Source: Pseudomonadota bacterium (GTDB taxonomy: Bacteria > Pseudomonadota > Alphaproteobacteria > Rhodobacterales > Rhodobacteraceae). From it: a stretch of DNA of 64,000 bases. Shown piece by piece: positions 11,305-23,992 of the stretch (position 1 is its first letter; every line of letters begins with the position of its first letter). A program made the position numbers and the translations under genes. The notes under the pieces are model-generated. The model was not told the origin of the DNA, did not search any database, and saw only the letters and a list, made by a program, of their open reading frames with translations. The stretch spans positions 212,412 to 276,411 of the forward strand of contig JBCBMO010000006.1 in assembly GCA_039822785.1 (NCBI GenBank). The letters are read 5' to 3'.

Positions 11305-12177
11305 TCAGAGCGCTTCGGCGCCCGAGATAATCTCGATGAGTTCCTTGGTGATCGCAGCCTGGCGCGAGCGGTTGTACTCGAGGTTCAGCTTGTCGATCAT
11401 CTCACCCGCATTGCGGGTCGCGTTGTCCATGGCGGCCATGCGGGCGCCCTGCTCGGACGCGGCGTTCTCCAGCAGTGCGGTAAAGATCTGGGTGGCCATG
11501 TTCTTGGGGAGCAGGACCTTGAGGATCTCCTCCTCGTCCGGCTCGTAGTCGTAAATGACGCCTTCCTCGGCCTCCGCCTCCGGCACCTCCGGCGGGATCA
11601 GGCGCAGCGGCGTGGGGACCTGGCTGATCACCGACTGGAACTTGGAGTAGATCAGCGTGCAGACGTCGAACTCGCCCTCGAAAAAGCGGTTCTGGACGTC
11701 GACGGCGATGCCTGCGGCCTGGTCGTAGCCAATGCGCTTGATCCCCGCGAGGTCCACATGGCCGACGAAGCTGTCGGGGTAGAAGCGCTTGAGCTGATCG
11801 CGCCCCTTGCGCCCGACGGTCAGGACCTTGACCGTCTTGCCCTCCCCCTCCAGCCGCGCGATCTCGGCGCGGGCGAGGCGGACGATAGAGCTGTTGAAGC
11901 CGCCGCAAAGACCTCGCTCCGCGGTGCAGACGACCAGCAGATGCGTGTCGTCCTTGCCCGTGCCGGTCAGCAGCTTGGGCGCCGTCGGGCTGTCTTTGGC
12001 GAACAGCGCCAGGGTGCCCATCATGGCGTTCATGCGCTCGGCATAGGGGCGCGCAGCCTCGGCGGCCTCCTGCGCGCGGCGCAGCTTGGCGGCGGCGACC
12101 ATCTGCATGGCCTTGGTGATCTTCCGGGTCGATTTGACCGAGGAGATCCGGTTCTTGAGGTCCTTGAGGCTCGGCAT
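11305..12177 (-). CDS. atpG: ATP synthase F1 gamma subunit
   Basis: [25 protein letters not shown] and [19 protein letters not shown]. Confidence 0.99.
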   Translation of the reverse strand: MPSLKDLKNRISSVKSTRKITKAMQMVAAAKLRRAQEAAEAARPYAERMNAMMGTLALFAKDSPTAPKLLTGTGKDDTHLLVVCTAERGLCGGFNSSIVRLARAEIARLEGEGKTVKVLTVGRKGRDQLKRFYPDSFVGHVDLAGIKRIGYDQAAGIAVDVQNRFFEGEFDVCTLIYSKFQSVISQVPTPLRLIPPEVPEAEAEEGVIYDYEPDEEEILKVLLPKNMATQIFTALLENAASEQGARMAAMDNATRNAGEMIDKLNLEYNRSRQAAITKELIEIISGAEAL

Positions 12178-12219
12178 CGCGGGCTCTCCCTAGGGTGTCG
12201 TGTCAGGTCTTCTCGCGGT

Positions 12220-13757
<1,538 letters not shown>

Positions 13758-13758
<1 letters not shown>

Positions 13759-14318
13759 CAGCCGGCCTCTTTCATGGTGTTCTGCAGGCGGGTGAGCTGG
13801 GAGCGGATCGAGGTATCGATCATCCTGGAGCCTACCCGTACGACGAGCCCGCCGATGATGCTGTCATCGACGGTGATATCGAGTTTGACGTCACGCCCGG
13901 TGGCCGTCTTCAGCCGCTCGGCCAGCGCACCCTGCTGCTGGTCGCTAAGCGGACGGGCGGCCACCACCTCGGCGGTGATTTCGCCGCGGTACTCGGCCAC
14001 GCGGCGGCGGAACAGCGTGAGCATGTCGCGCGTCACGAACAGGCGCCGCTTGGCGGCCATGACGGCGAGCGTGTTGGCGGTCAGCACCCCTAGACCCATG
14101 GCTTGGCCGAGGGCGGCGATGGCCTTGCCCTGCGCCTCCCGCGAGAAAAGCGGGCTTTCCAGCATGGTCTTCAGATCGTCACTGTCGTCGATGGCGCTAG
14201 CCAGGGCGTTGACGTCGGTCTCAACGCTCTCAATCGCGTTGCGCTGCAGCGCCAGATCGAACAGCGCGGTTGCATACCGCTCAGCGACCCCGGCGTTCGA
14301 CACAGAGCTTTCGGCCAC
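13758..14318 (-). CDS. atpH: ATP synthase F1 delta subunit
   Basis: [11 protein letters not shown] and [22 protein letters not shown] start at 14318 with an AAAGG RBS gives 186 aa; the ORF track starts at 14384. Confidence 0.96.
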
Positions 14319-14509
14319 AACCAACCTTTCACAGTGAGCGGCGGCAGGAGGCGGGCCGCGCAGGGGATTGTCGGCATCGGGCACGCCGAAAGGCCGCCTC
14401 GCCTGAGTTGCCGGTCAGCTAGCACGCCGGTTTCGGCCTTGCAACATTCCCGGCCGCCCATGCCACGCCTTGGGCGGAATCGCCTCACCATGGCAGCGAA
14501 ACGGCCCGC

Positions 14510-14974
14510 TCAGGCCCGATCGACGCGGCATTGGAAGCAGTTGTTGGTGGCGGAGCGGACATGGACGAAGGCGATCGCGGGGTCCGCGAGGCGTGCTGCC
14601 GCGGCAGCCTCCAGCTTGTCCGCCGCGACACTTTCGCCGCTGCCGTAAACGATCCGCTCGTCGGTGCCGTAGCCGCGCATCAGATAGCGTGGGCTGGTGG
14701 CCAGGATCGGCGGCGGGCCCGCTCCGGCCCAGGGCGCACAGGCCTCGGCACACAGAAACACCGGCCCGACCTCGGCATAGGGCTGCACGGTCGCGAAGGG
14801 CCGCCAGGCCAGGATCAGCATTTCTCGCCCCGCGGGAATGTCACACAGGCAATGGCGGCACGGATTGCCCTCACCGTCCGAGAGCGCACGCTCGGCCGGC
14901 TGGCCATTGGCGTCGAGGCCGCCTTGGCGCAGCGCCTCGGCGGCGGCGGTGGGGATAGGGGTGAAGCGGATCAT
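14510..14974 (-). CDS. DUF1203-family protein
   Basis: GNPCRHCL, QPYAEVGPVFLCAEAC and FVHVRSATNNCFQCRVDR are recognisable family motifs. Confidence 0.85.
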   Translation of the reverse strand: MIRFTPIPTAAAEALRQGGLDANGQPAERALSDGEGNPCRHCLCDIPAGREMLILAWRPFATVQPYAEVGPVFLCAEACAPWAGAGPPPILATSPRYLMRGYGTDERIVYGSGESVAADKLEAAAAARLADPAIAFVHVRSATNNCFQCRVDRA

Positions 14975-15047
14975 GAACGTCCTCCTGCCGGTTGCAGGGC
15001 GGAGGGTGGCGTGGGCGCGTCCCAGGGGCGACCCGTTTCCTGCGCGC

Positions 15048-17270
15048 TCACAGGAAGCTCTGAGGATCGACGTCGATGGTGACGCGGACGGCGGAGGGCA
15101 CCTTTACGGCGGCCAGCCAGTCGCGGATGGCGGCCTGCAGCGGCGCGCCCTTGGCAGCCTTGATCAGCAGGCGGAAGCGAATGCGGCCGCGCAGCCGCGC
15201 GATGGGCGCAGGGGCGGGGCCGAGAACATCGATCCCGCGGTCCGTCAGCACCGGCGCCGCCTGACCCAGGGCGCGGGCCACTGCGGCGGTCTTGTCCTCG
15301 TCCTCTCCCGACACGATCACCCCCGCGAGCCGGCCATAGGGCGGCAGGCCGAGGGCATGGCGCTCATCGGCGAGGCCGCGCCAAAACCCCTCCGCGTCGC
15401 CCGAGAGCATGGCGCGGAACACCGCGTGGTCGGGGTTGGTGGTTTGCACCAGCGCAGCCCCAGGGCGGTCGGCCCGCCCCGCCCGGCCGGAGACCTGGTA
15501 GAGAAGCTGAAACGTCCGCTCCGCCGCGCGCAGATCCCCGCCCTGCAGCCCCATGTCGGCGTCGACGACCCCCACCAGGGTCAGCAGCGGGAAGTTATGG
15601 CCCTTGGCCACCATCTGGGTGCCGATGACGATATCGACCTCCCCCGCCGCGATTGCGGCCAGGCGCAGCTTGAGCGCCGCCGGCCCCTCGGTGGTGTCGG
15701 AGGAGAGCACCTCGATCCGGGCGTCGGGGAACCGCTCCGCCGCTTCCTCCGCCAGCCTTTCCACCCCGGGGCCGCAGGCGGCGAGGCGGTCGTCGCGCCC
15801 ACAGGCAGGGCAGGCCGGCGGGATCGGCTCGGTGTGGCCGCACTGGTGGCAGATCAGCCGCTCGCGGAAGCGGTGCGTCACCAGCCAGGCATCGCACTGG
15901 GGACAGCCGAAGCGCGCCCCGCAGGCGCGGCACAGCATCAGCGGCGCATAGCCCCGGCGGTTGAGGAACAACAGCGACTGTTCGCCCGCCGCCAGCCGCG
16001 CCTCCACGGCCTGTACCAAGGGCTCGGTCAGCCAGCGATCGCGCCCGGGATACTCCGCGCGCATGTCGACCATGGCGATCCGTGGCAGGACGGCGGCGCC
16101 ATAGCGCTCGGGCAGGTCGATCCGCTTGTACTTGCCCGCCGCCGCATTGGCCCAGGTCTCGAGCGAGGGCGTGGCGGAGGCGAGGACGACCGCCGCTCCC
16201 TCGATCGAGGCGCGCAGGACCGCCATGTCGCGGGCGTTGTAGAGGACCATATCCTCCTGCTTGAAGGAGGCCTCGTGCTCCTCGTCGACGACGATCAGCC
16301 CGAGGTCGGCGAAGGGCAGGAAAAGCGACGAGCGCGCGCCCACGACCAACTGCGCCCGCCCCTCCGCCACACCGCGCCAGACGCGGCGGCGCTCGGGGCC
16401 CGCCACACCGTGGTGCCATTCTGCCGGGCGGGCGCCGAAGCGGGCCTCGACCCGGGCGAGGAAACCGGGGGTCAGCGCCACCTCGGGGATCAGGACCAGC
16501 GCCTGGCGCCCGGCGGCGAGGCATTCGGCGACAGCCTCCAGGTAGACCTCGGTCTTGCCCGACCCCGTGACGCCGTAGAGCAGCGTGGCAGAGAACGCCG
16601 CCGCTGAGACCGCCGCCCGCAGGCTAGCCGCCGCCTCCGCCTGGGCCTCGGACAGTGTCTCGGAGCGGGGCTGGCCGAAGAGCGGGGCGAACGGCGGCTC
16701 CGCCGCCACATGGCGCTCGGCCAGCGCCCCCGCCTCGACCAGGCCCTTGAGGACGCCCGTGCCGACCCCCGCCTCCCGCGCCAGATCCGCGGGGAGGAGA
16801 GCGTGGCCGCCCAGCGCCACGGCGGCGTCGAGGACGCGCTGGCGTGCCTCCGTCATCCGCACGGGCGCCGTGCCGGTCAGGTCCAGCACCCGGCGCAGGC
16901 GCGGCCGCGCCGCGGGGTCGGGCACTCGGGTCGCGAGGCGCAGCATCATGCCCAGCGGCGTCAGCGTATAGTCGGCCGCGCGTTCCACGAACCGTCGCAT
17001 GCCCTCGCTCATGGGCGGCAGGTCCAGCCGGTCGATCACGGGCTTCAGGCGCGTCGCCGCCATGCTGCCCTCGCCCGGCCCCCAGACCATGCCCAGGGTG
17101 CGGCGTGGACCAAGCTCGACGATCACCAGATCGCCGGGGGTGAGCATCAACCCCTCCGGCACCAGGTAATCGAGCGGCGTGTCGAAGGGCATGGGCACCA
17201 CCACGCCCACCCGGTCGCCGGGCGCATAGGCCCCGGTCATGGCCGCCTGTGCTGCTGCGCTCACAGCCAC
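15048..17270 (-). CDS. priA: Primosomal protein N' (replication restart helicase)
   Basis: [41 protein letters not shown] zinc motifs, [10 protein letters not shown] and GPAPAP. Confidence 0.97.
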   Translation of the reverse strand: MAVSAAAQAAMTGAYAPGDRVGVVVPMPFDTPLDYLVPEGLMLTPGDLVIVELGPRRTLGMVWGPGEGSMAATRLKPVIDRLDLPPMSEGMRRFVERAADYTLTPLGMMLRLATRVPDPAARPRLRRVLDLTGTAPVRMTEARQRVLDAAVALGGHALLPADLAREAGVGTGVLKGLVEAGALAERHVAAEPPFAPLFGQPRSETLSEAQAEAAASLRAAVSAAAFSATLLYGVTGSGKTEVYLEAVAECLAAGRQALVLIPEVALTPGFLARVEARFGARPAEWHHGVAGPERRRVWRGVAEGRAQLVVGARSSLFLPFADLGLIVVDEEHEASFKQEDMVLYNARDMAVLRASIEGAAVVLASATPSLETWANAAAGKYKRIDLPERYGAAVLPRIAMVDMRAEYPGRDRWLTEPLVQAVEARLAAGEQSLLFLNRRGYAPLMLCRACGARFGCPQCDAWLVTHRFRERLICHQCGHTEPIPPACPACGRDDRLAACGPGVERLAEEAAERFPDARIEVLSSDTTEGPAALKLRLAAIAAGEVDIVIGTQMVAKGHNFPLLTLVGVVDADMGLQGGDLRAAERTFQLLYQVSGRAGRADRPGAALVQTTNPDHAVFRAMLSGDAEGFWRGLADERHALGLPPYGRLAGVIVSGEDEDKTAAVARALGQAAPVLTDRGIDVLGPAPAPIARLRGRIRFRLLIKAAKGAPLQAAIRDWLAAVKVPSAVRVTIDVDPQSFL

Positions 17271-17396
17271 GCGCGGCCCGCCGGATCGGCCCCGGGACGC
17301 CTTGGCGCGCGGACATGCTTCGGATTAGGGTCCGCGCGACCGGGCGCCGGGCACGGCCGCCCCCCCTTATCCCCCTCGACCGCCGGAGTGCGCGCC

Positions 17397-18053
17397 ATGA
17401 AGTTCTTCGTCGACACCGCCGACATCGCCGAGATCCGCGACCTGGCCGCGACCGGCATGGTGGACGGCGTCACCACCAACCCCTCGCTCATCGCCAAATC
17501 CGGCCGCGATTTCATCGAGGTCACCAAGGAAATCTGCGAGATCATCTCCGGCCCCGTCTCGGCCGAGGTCACGGCGACCGAGCATGAGGCGATGATCGCC
17601 GAGGGTCGCCACCTGGCCAAGATCGCCCCCAACATCGCGGTCAAGGTCCCGCTCACCTGGGCGGGGCTGCGCGCCTGCAAGGTGCTGTCGGACGAGGGGA
17701 CCATGGTCAATGTCACGCTCTGCTTCACCGCCAACCAGGCGCTCTTGGCTGCCAAGGCCGGCGCCACGTTCATTTCACCCTTCATCGGGCGGCTCGACGA
17801 CATCGCGCTGGATGGGATGGAACTGATCGCTGACATCCGCGAGGTCTACGACAACTACCCCGCCTTCGGCACGCAGATCCTCGCCGCCTCCATCCGCCAT
17901 GTCGGCCATGTGACCGAGGCTGCCAAGATCGGCGCCGATGTCGCCACCCTGCCGCCTGCGGTGTTGCGCAAGCTGGCCGATCACCCGCTGACCGACAAGG
18001 GGCTGGAGGCGTTTCTCGCCGACTGGGCCAAGACCGGGCAGACCATCCTGTGA
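17397..18053 (+). CDS. fsa: Transaldolase / fructose-6-phosphate aldolase (short TalC/Fsa type)
   Basis: [29 protein letters not shown] and [10 protein letters not shown]. This is the C-terminal part of ORF 16710..18053. Confidence 0.95.
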   Translation: MKFFVDTADIAEIRDLAATGMVDGVTTNPSLIAKSGRDFIEVTKEICEIISGPVSAEVTATEHEAMIAEGRHLAKIAPNIAVKVPLTWAGLRACKVLSDEGTMVNVTLCFTANQALLAAKAGATFISPFIGRLDDIALDGMELIADIREVYDNYPAFGTQILAASIRHVGHVTEAAKIGADVATLPPAVLRKLADHPLTDKGLEAFLADWAKTGQTIL

Positions 18054-18820
18054 TGGATCTGGAGGAAGGCGCGGGCACCGTGACGCTCGATGGCGAGGAG
18101 CGCGAGCTCATCCGCTCGCTGATCCTGACCGACCCGGAGCTGGTGCTGGCGGACGACCAGGTCATGCGCGCCCTGATCCGCGCGACCGGCCCGCTCGAAC
18201 GCAAGGTCGTCGATCTGCGCGACAAGCTGGTGGAGCGGCTGGAGACGCGGCTGTCGCGGCTGGTGTCGCAGAACCGCTCCATGATCGCGGCGGCCTACGA
18301 GAACGTGGCTTCGACCGATGCGGTCCATGCCGCCGTGCTCTCGGTGATGGAGGCCGGCGACCTGCCGGGCCTCGCGCGGGCGCTGGCCGATGTCCTGCCG
18401 CCCAGGGTCGCCATCGAGGCCGCGCGTCTGGGCGTGGAGGCCGAGGTCGACGATATCCATGCCGCTACCGCGCTGGGGCCGGGCGGGGAGGCGCTGCTCC
18501 TGCTGCCCAAGGGCACCGTGCAGCGGTACCTGCAGGTGGAGACCGGCATGCAGGAGGACGCGGCGCTCCAGACGATCGTCCTGCGCGCCGCGCCGCCCGA
18601 GGCCGAGACCTTCTATGAGCGCAGCGCCATCGCGTCGGAGGCACTGCTGCCGCTGACTCTGGACGGCACGGTGGGGCTGCTCGCCCTCGGCTCCGCCGAC
18701 CCCGAGCGGTTCACGCCGGAGCAGGGGACCGACCTGCTGGGCTTCCTACGCCGGGTGACGGAACTGCAGACGCAGCGCCATCTCGCCGCCTATGACGCCG
18801 CTGCCTTCGACGGGCTATGA
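18050..18820 (+). CDS. DUF484-family protein (GAF-like)
   Basis: [19 protein letters not shown] and [21 protein letters not shown]. Conserved position upstream of xerC. Confidence 0.85.
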   Translation: MMDLEEGAGTVTLDGEERELIRSLILTDPELVLADDQVMRALIRATGPLERKVVDLRDKLVERLETRLSRLVSQNRSMIAAAYENVASTDAVHAAVLSVMEAGDLPGLARALADVLPPRVAIEAARLGVEAEVDDIHAATALGPGGEALLLLPKGTVQRYLQVETGMQEDAALQTIVLRAAPPEAETFYERSAIASEALLPLTLDGTVGLLALGSADPERFTPEQGTDLLGFLRRVTELQTQRHLAAYDAAAFDGL

Positions 18821-19752
18821 GCGGGGCGGCAGCGGTCTTGGAGGACGCGCCGGCGGCACTGCTGGCTCGCTGGCTCGACTATCTGACGGCCGTGCGCGGT
18901 CGGGCGCCGCTGACGCGTGAGGCCTATGCCACCACGCTGCGGGGCTTTCTGCTGTTCATCGCGCAGCACGGCGGGGAGACCCCGACGGCGGCGCGGCTGG
19001 CGGCGCTGAGCACGGCGGAGTTTCGGGCCTGGATGGCGGCGCGGCGGCGGGCGGGCATCAAGGCGCGCACCCTGCGGCGCGAGCTGGCGGCGGTGCGCGG
19101 CTTTTTCGCCTGGCTCGAGGAGGCGGAGGGCCTGCACTGCCCCGCGCTCCTCACCCTCGCCACGCCCAAGACCGCACCCGGCCTGCCCAGGCCCATCGCG
19201 GCCGAGGATGCCCGCGCCGTGATCGCCGCCGTCGGTGCGCATCATGAGCCCTGGATCGCCGCCCGCGACGTGGCAGCACTGACGCTGATCTGGGGCGCTG
19301 GCCTCAGGATCTCCGAGGCCTTGGGCCTGCGCTGGCGCGATGCCCCGCTAAGCCCGGCGGTGCGGGTCATCGGCAAGGGCGGCAAGGAGCGTGAGTTGCC
19401 CGTCCTGCCCGTGAGCGCGGAGGCGGTGGAGCGGTATCGCGCCCTCTGCCCCCATCGCCCGGCGCCGGAGGGGCCGTTGTTCCTGGCCCCGCGCGGCGGC
19501 CCACTGCATCGCTCGCAACTGGCGGCCTCGATGGCGACGGCGCGCCGGGCGCTCGGTCTGCCGGATAGCGCCACGCCCCATGCGCTGCGCCATGCCTTCG
19601 CCACGCAGCTCCTGGCGGCCGGCGGCGATCTGCGGACCATCCAGGCCCTGCTCGGCCATGCCTCGCTGTCCACGACCCAGGTCTACACCAGTGTCGACGA
19701 CGCGCGCTTGCGCGCCGTCCATGCCGCCGCCCATCCGCGCCGCGAGGGCTGA
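18817..19752 (+). CDS. xerC: Tyrosine recombinase XerC
   Basis: GAGLRISE, GKGGKER, TPHALRHAFAT, LGHASLSTTQVY. The DUF484-xerC context marks the chromosomal gene. Confidence 0.92.
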   Translation: MSGAAAVLEDAPAALLARWLDYLTAVRGRAPLTREAYATTLRGFLLFIAQHGGETPTAARLAALSTAEFRAWMAARRRAGIKARTLRRELAAVRGFFAWLEEAEGLHCPALLTLATPKTAPGLPRPIAAEDARAVIAAVGAHHEPWIAARDVAALTLIWGAGLRISEALGLRWRDAPLSPAVRVIGKGGKERELPVLPVSAEAVERYRALCPHRPAPEGPLFLAPRGGPLHRSQLAASMATARRALGLPDSATPHALRHAFATQLLAAGGDLRTIQALLGHASLSTTQVYTSVDDARLRAVHAAAHPRREG

Positions 19753-19756
19753 GCGC

Positions 19757-20281
19757 TCAGATCGCGGCCTTCAGCGCGTCCATCTTCTTGGTGAGGAAGG
19801 TGAAGGTCGCCTCGTCCGACAGGGTGCCATCGTCGGCGAACTTGGTGCCGGCCCGGCCCACGAAGACCTCCGGGTTGAAGACCATCTTCATGTTGAAGGG
19901 CACGAGCATCAGGTAGAGCGCCGAGGTCGACCGCTCGCCCCCCGCATTGCCCGCGGTGGCCGAGATGACCGCACAGGGCTTGCCGGCGGTGCGCACCGGA
20001 TGCACGCGGCTGATCCAGTCCAGCGCGTTCTTCATCACCCCCGGCGGGGCCTTGTTGTACTCCGGCGTCGAGATCACGACGGCATCCGCCGCCTCGATCT
20101 GCCCGACCAGCGTGGTCACGCTCTCGGGCATCCCCTCCGCCTCAAGGTCCTCGTTGAAGAGCGGCAGGTTGAGGTCGGCCAGCACGAACTCGCTCGGCGC
20201 GAAGGCACGGGCGGCCTCCTTCACCAGCTTGGTGTTGACACTGTCGCGGCGCAGCGACCCAGAGATGCCGAGCAGTTTCAT
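19757..20281 (-). CDS. NAD(P)H-dependent FMN / quinone reductase (flavodoxin-like, ChrR type)
   Basis: MKLLGISGSLRRDSVN and ISTPEYNKAPPGVMKNALDWISR. ATG at 20281. Confidence 0.9.
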   Translation of the reverse strand: MKLLGISGSLRRDSVNTKLVKEAARAFAPSEFVLADLNLPLFNEDLEAEGMPESVTTLVGQIEAADAVVISTPEYNKAPPGVMKNALDWISRVHPVRTAGKPCAVISATAGNAGGERSTSALYLMLVPFNMKMVFNPEVFVGRAGTKFADDGTLSDEATFTFLTKKMDALKAAI

Positions 20282-20468
20282 GGCGTGCCTTTCGTCATGG
20301 GGATCCGGGCCAGAGGCTAACGGGGCATCGCCCACGATCCAGTCATCTATCGAGACTTTGATCCCCGATCCCGCCAGGCAGGCACGATCCAGCGCGAGAA
20401 CGACAAGATCATCCGCCGTGCTACCCTGCCCCGGCACCGGCACCGGGGAGGACCGCGGAGGGAAGGCC

Positions 20469-21512
20469 ATGGCCGACGGCGCAGAACCGCTCGATCTGGC
20501 GGACAGGGCCCGCGATACGGTCGTGCCGCCGGCGCGGCGGCGCGTGATGCCAGCGACGCGCGGCGCAGGTGCCGAGCCTGCGTTCGACCTCTACCACTTC
20601 GGCTTCTCCATCTGCTCGCACAAGGTGCGCCTGGTGCTCCAGGAGCTTGGGCACGGCTGGCTATCGCTCGAACTCGATCCCAGGAAGCTTGAGAACTACG
20701 CGCCCGACTACGTGCGCCTGCGCCTCGCCTCGTCCGCAGCGCAGGGCGCGCGCCCGGCCACCGGATGGGACGGCGGTTCCTCGGTGGCGGATGCCGGCTT
20801 CGATGCGCTGGCCGTGCCGACACTGGTCGATCGGCAGGCGCAGACAGTCGTGGCGGACTCGCTGCGGATCTGCCTGCATCTCGCAGAGCGCCATCGGGGG
20901 GAGACGGATCTCGTGCCGGCGGAGGTGGAGGCCGAGGTGCGGGCTCAATTGGCCCATGTGGATCGTACCCCGCATGTCGCCTTGCTCTATGGCCTCGATC
21001 CGGCGGGGGATCATCGGCCCTGGATCATCCGCCTCGCCCTTCGCGGGGCGCATCGGCGCAAGGCCAGCGCCGTCGAGGCGCAGTGGGACCAGGTGCGGGG
21101 CAGCGACACTGCGCTGGACACCGCCTATGCCGCGAAGCTGGCGAAGGAGCGCGCGGGCGCCCGTTTCGTCGCTTCAGCCGAGCGGATGCAGGGCGCCATC
21201 GACACGACCGAGGGGCTTTTGCGCGCCTTCGCCGCGGATCTCGCCCAGCACCAAGGACCCTGGCTGTTCGGTGAGCGGGCGACCCTCGCCGACCTTTTCT
21301 GGGCCGTCAGCCTCTTTCGTCTCCAGTGGCTCGGCTACGACCGGCTGTGGCGGGGGATGGGCCCCGTCGAGCGCTTTGCCGCGGCGGCCTTCGAGCGGCC
21401 CACGCTGCAACAGGCGGTCACCAAATGGCCCAGCCACCCCTGGTCGCGGCCGGCGTCACCATGGATGCGCCGGCCATCGCTGATCGATCGCCTCTCAGGC
21501 CTCGGCTCCTGA
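20469..21512 (+). CDS. linD: Glutathione S-transferase-fold protein, LinD-like reductive dehalogenase
   Basis: LYHFGFSICSHKVR, ENYAPDYVRLRL, GFDALAVPTLVD, TPHVALLYG, GPWLFG..TLADLFWAVSL and WPSHP match Sphingobium LinD as I recall it. 347 aa. Homology call; substrate unproven. Confidence 0.8.
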   Translation: MADGAEPLDLADRARDTVVPPARRRVMPATRGAGAEPAFDLYHFGFSICSHKVRLVLQELGHGWLSLELDPRKLENYAPDYVRLRLASSAAQGARPATGWDGGSSVADAGFDALAVPTLVDRQAQTVVADSLRICLHLAERHRGETDLVPAEVEAEVRAQLAHVDRTPHVALLYGLDPAGDHRPWIIRLALRGAHRRKASAVEAQWDQVRGSDTALDTAYAAKLAKERAGARFVASAERMQGAIDTTEGLLRAFAADLAQHQGPWLFGERATLADLFWAVSLFRLQWLGYDRLWRGMGPVERFAAAAFERPTLQQAVTKWPSHPWSRPASPWMRRPSLIDRLSGLGS

Positions 21513-21532
21513 CGCGCCGCCCTTGGGTGGGC

Positions 21533-22918
21533 TCAGGCGTGGATCGCGCCCACGCCGCAGGCAAGCGCCGCCTCCCGCACCGCCTCGGAGTAGGTCGGGT
21601 GGGCATGGCAGGTCATCGCCAGATCCTCGGCCGAGGCGCCGAACTCCATGGCCATGCAGACCTCGTGGATCAGGTCGCCCGCGCCGGGGCCGATGATATG
21701 CGCGCCCAGGATCCGGTCGGTGGCCTTGTCCGCCAGGATCTTGACGAAGCCCTCGGCCGCCAGGTTCGCCTTGGCCCGGCCGTTGGCCATGAAGGGGAAC
21801 TTGCCGACCTTATAGGCGCGCCCGGCCTGCTTCAGGCTCTCCTCGGTCTCGCCCACGCTCGCCACCTCGGGTGCCGTGTAGATCACGCCGGGGATGACGC
21901 CATAGTTCACATGGCCATGCTTTCCGGCGATCTGATCGGCGACCGCGACGCCCTCGTCCTCGGCCTTATGCGCCAGCATCGGCCCCGCGATCACGTCGCC
22001 GATGGCCCAGATGCCCGGCACATTGGTGCGCCAATGCCCGTCGGTCTTCACCTGACCGCGGTCCGTCATCTCCACGCCTGCCCGGTCGAGCCCCAGGCCG
22101 GCGGTATAGGGTCGCCGCCCGGTCGCCAGCAGCACGATATCGGCGTCGATCTCATGCGCCTCGTCGTCCTTGCGGGTCTTGTAGTGCACCGTCAGCGCAT
22201 TGCCCTTGTCGACCGACTGCACCGCGGCGCCCAGGACGAACTTGATCCCCTGCTTGGTCAGGATCTTCTGGAACTGGCGCTGCACCTCGGCGTCGTTGCC
22301 GGGGATGATGTGGTCGAGGAACTCGATCACCGTCACCTCCGCCCCCAGGCGGCGCCAGACCGAGCCGAGTTCGAGACCGATCACCCCGCCGCCGATCACG
22401 ACCATCCGCTGCGGCACGGCATTCAGCTCCAGCGCGCCGGTCGAGGTCACGACGCGCTTCTCGTCGACCTCCACCCCCGGCAGCGTCGCGGGCTCGGAGC
22501 CCGTCGCGATGACGATGTTCTTGGTCTCCAGCACCTGCTCGCCGACTTTGACCTGGGTGGGCGAGACGATCTCCCCCCAGCCCTGCACATATTCGACCTT
22601 GTTCTTCTTGAAGAGGAACTCGATCCCTTGGGTGTTGCTGTCGATGGCCTGCTGCTTGAACTTCAGCATCTGGGGGACGTCGATCTCGATCTCCTTGGCC
22701 TTGATCCCCATGGTCTTGAAGTTGCCCTCGGCCTCATGGACCAGCTCCGAGGCATGGAGCAGCGCCTTGGAGGGGATGCAGCCCACGTTCAGACAGGTGC
22801 CGCCGAGCGCGCCGCGGCCCTCGACGCAGGCGACCTTTAGCCCGCGTTGCGCCGCGCGGATCGCGCAGACATAGCCGCCGGGGCCACCCCCGATGATCAC
22901 CACGTCATAGTCAGCCAT
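21533..22918 (-). CDS. lpdA: Dihydrolipoamide dehydrogenase (E3)
   Basis: [31 protein letters not shown] and HAHPTYSE. Confidence 0.98.
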   Translation of the reverse strand: MADYDVVIIGGGPGGYVCAIRAAQRGLKVACVEGRGALGGTCLNVGCIPSKALLHASELVHEAEGNFKTMGIKAKEIEIDVPQMLKFKQQAIDSNTQGIEFLFKKNKVEYVQGWGEIVSPTQVKVGEQVLETKNIVIATGSEPATLPGVEVDEKRVVTSTGALELNAVPQRMVVIGGGVIGLELGSVWRRLGAEVTVIEFLDHIIPGNDAEVQRQFQKILTKQGIKFVLGAAVQSVDKGNALTVHYKTRKDDEAHEIDADIVLLATGRRPYTAGLGLDRAGVEMTDRGQVKTDGHWRTNVPGIWAIGDVIAGPMLAHKAEDEGVAVADQIAGKHGHVNYGVIPGVIYTAPEVASVGETEESLKQAGRAYKVGKFPFMANGRAKANLAAEGFVKILADKATDRILGAHIIGPGAGDLIHEVCMAMEFGASAEDLAMTCHAHPTYSEAVREAALACGVGAIHA

Positions 22919-22969
22919 GTCGGTCTCCCAAGGTGTCGGCGGGCCCGTCGCATGAGGGCCGGAAATCGG

Positions 22970-23365
22970 TCAGAGCAGCGCCGCCAGTAGCATCACCAGC
23001 GTCGCCAACATGCCCACGCCCCAGATGGCGGAGCGCAGCCACGGAATGCCCGCCCAATAGACCGGGGCATAGGCGATCCGCGCGATGAGGTAGATGATCG
23101 CGGCCCCCTCGGTCAGCGGCGAGGAGGCAGCCCCGGCCACCACCACCGCCGCCGCGATGGCAAAGAGGATCAGCCCCTCGATGTGGTTGTTGAAGGCCCG
23201 CTGCATCCGCCCGCAGAGCGCCGACATCTCCTTCGGCATCGGCGTGTCGCGCGGCCCGACCAGCCAGCTTTGCGGCAGTTCCCGGTTGGCAACGGCGGAA
23301 AAGATCACAAGCTGCACGATCGCCAGCACCCCGGCCCAGCCGAGAACCTGCAGCTCGACCGCCAT
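22970..23365 (-). CDS. MAPEG-family membrane protein
   Basis: GPRD, RMQRAFNNHIEGLILF and ARIAYAPVYWAGIPWLRSAIW; four hydrophobic segments. Confidence 0.85.
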   Translation of the reverse strand: MAVELQVLGWAGVLAIVQLVIFSAVANRELPQSWLVGPRDTPMPKEMSALCGRMQRAFNNHIEGLILFAIAAAVVVAGAASSPLTEGAAIIYLIARIAYAPVYWAGIPWLRSAIWGVGMLATLVMLLAALL

Positions 23366-23986
23366 CTACCGCTCTGCCAGGGCGAGGCGCAGTCCGAAAC
23401 CGGCAAAGGCACCCGCCACCGTGCGCCGAACCCAGGTCATGATCGCGGGGCGGCGCCTCAGCCCGTCCCGCACCTGCGCGGCGAAAAAGCCATAGAGCAG
23501 GAAGACCCCCAGCGTCATCGCCATGAAGACAGCGGTCAGCCCCGCCATCTGCAGCGCGACGCCACCCGCCTTCGCATCGATGAACTGCGGCAGGAAGGCC
23601 ATGAAGAAGATCGACAGCTTCGGGTTGAGGACGTTGATCAAGAAGCCCGCGCGCGCGATCTGAAACAGCCCCCGCGTCGTCGGCGCGTTGTCGTCAAAGC
23701 GCAGCGGGCCGCGGTCGGTCAGGGTCATCCAGGCCAGATAGAGCAGGTAGACAACGCCTGCGATCTTGACCGCCTGAAACAGGAGCGCGCTTGCATGGAC
23801 CAGGGCGGCCAGACCCAGGATCGCCGCGAGCGCGCCGGGCACGATCCCCAGCGTGCAGCCGGCGGCAGCAGCGGCGCTGGCCCGCGGACCGTGCGCCAGC
23901 CCGGTGGCAACCGTGTAGATCACGCCTGTGCCCGGGGCGATCACGACGACCAGCGCCGTCAGCAGAAAGTCGATGCCTAAGACCAT
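23366..23986 (-). CDS. LysE/RhtB-family exporter
   Basis: APGTGV, GVVYLLYLAW and GFLINVLNPKLSIFFMAFLPQF. Confidence 0.92.
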   Translation of the reverse strand: MVLGIDFLLTALVVVIAPGTGVIYTVATGLAHGPRASAAAAAGCTLGIVPGALAAILGLAALVHASALLFQAVKIAGVVYLLYLAWMTLTDRGPLRFDDNAPTTRGLFQIARAGFLINVLNPKLSIFFMAFLPQFIDAKAGGVALQMAGLTAVFMAMTLGVFLLYGFFAAQVRDGLRRRPAIMTWVRRTVAGAFAGFGLRLALAER

Positions 23987-23992
23987 AGGCCG

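Noticed and set aside
14838-17316. Several long alternative-frame ORFs over priA
   Set aside because: Arg/Gly/Pro-rich off-frame or antisense products of a clear priA gene.
18817-19752. Tyrosine recombinase as an integrase of a mobile element
   Set aside because: It has host GC, is coupled to DUF484 and transaldolase as chromosomal xerC normally is, and no att sites or cargo are visible.
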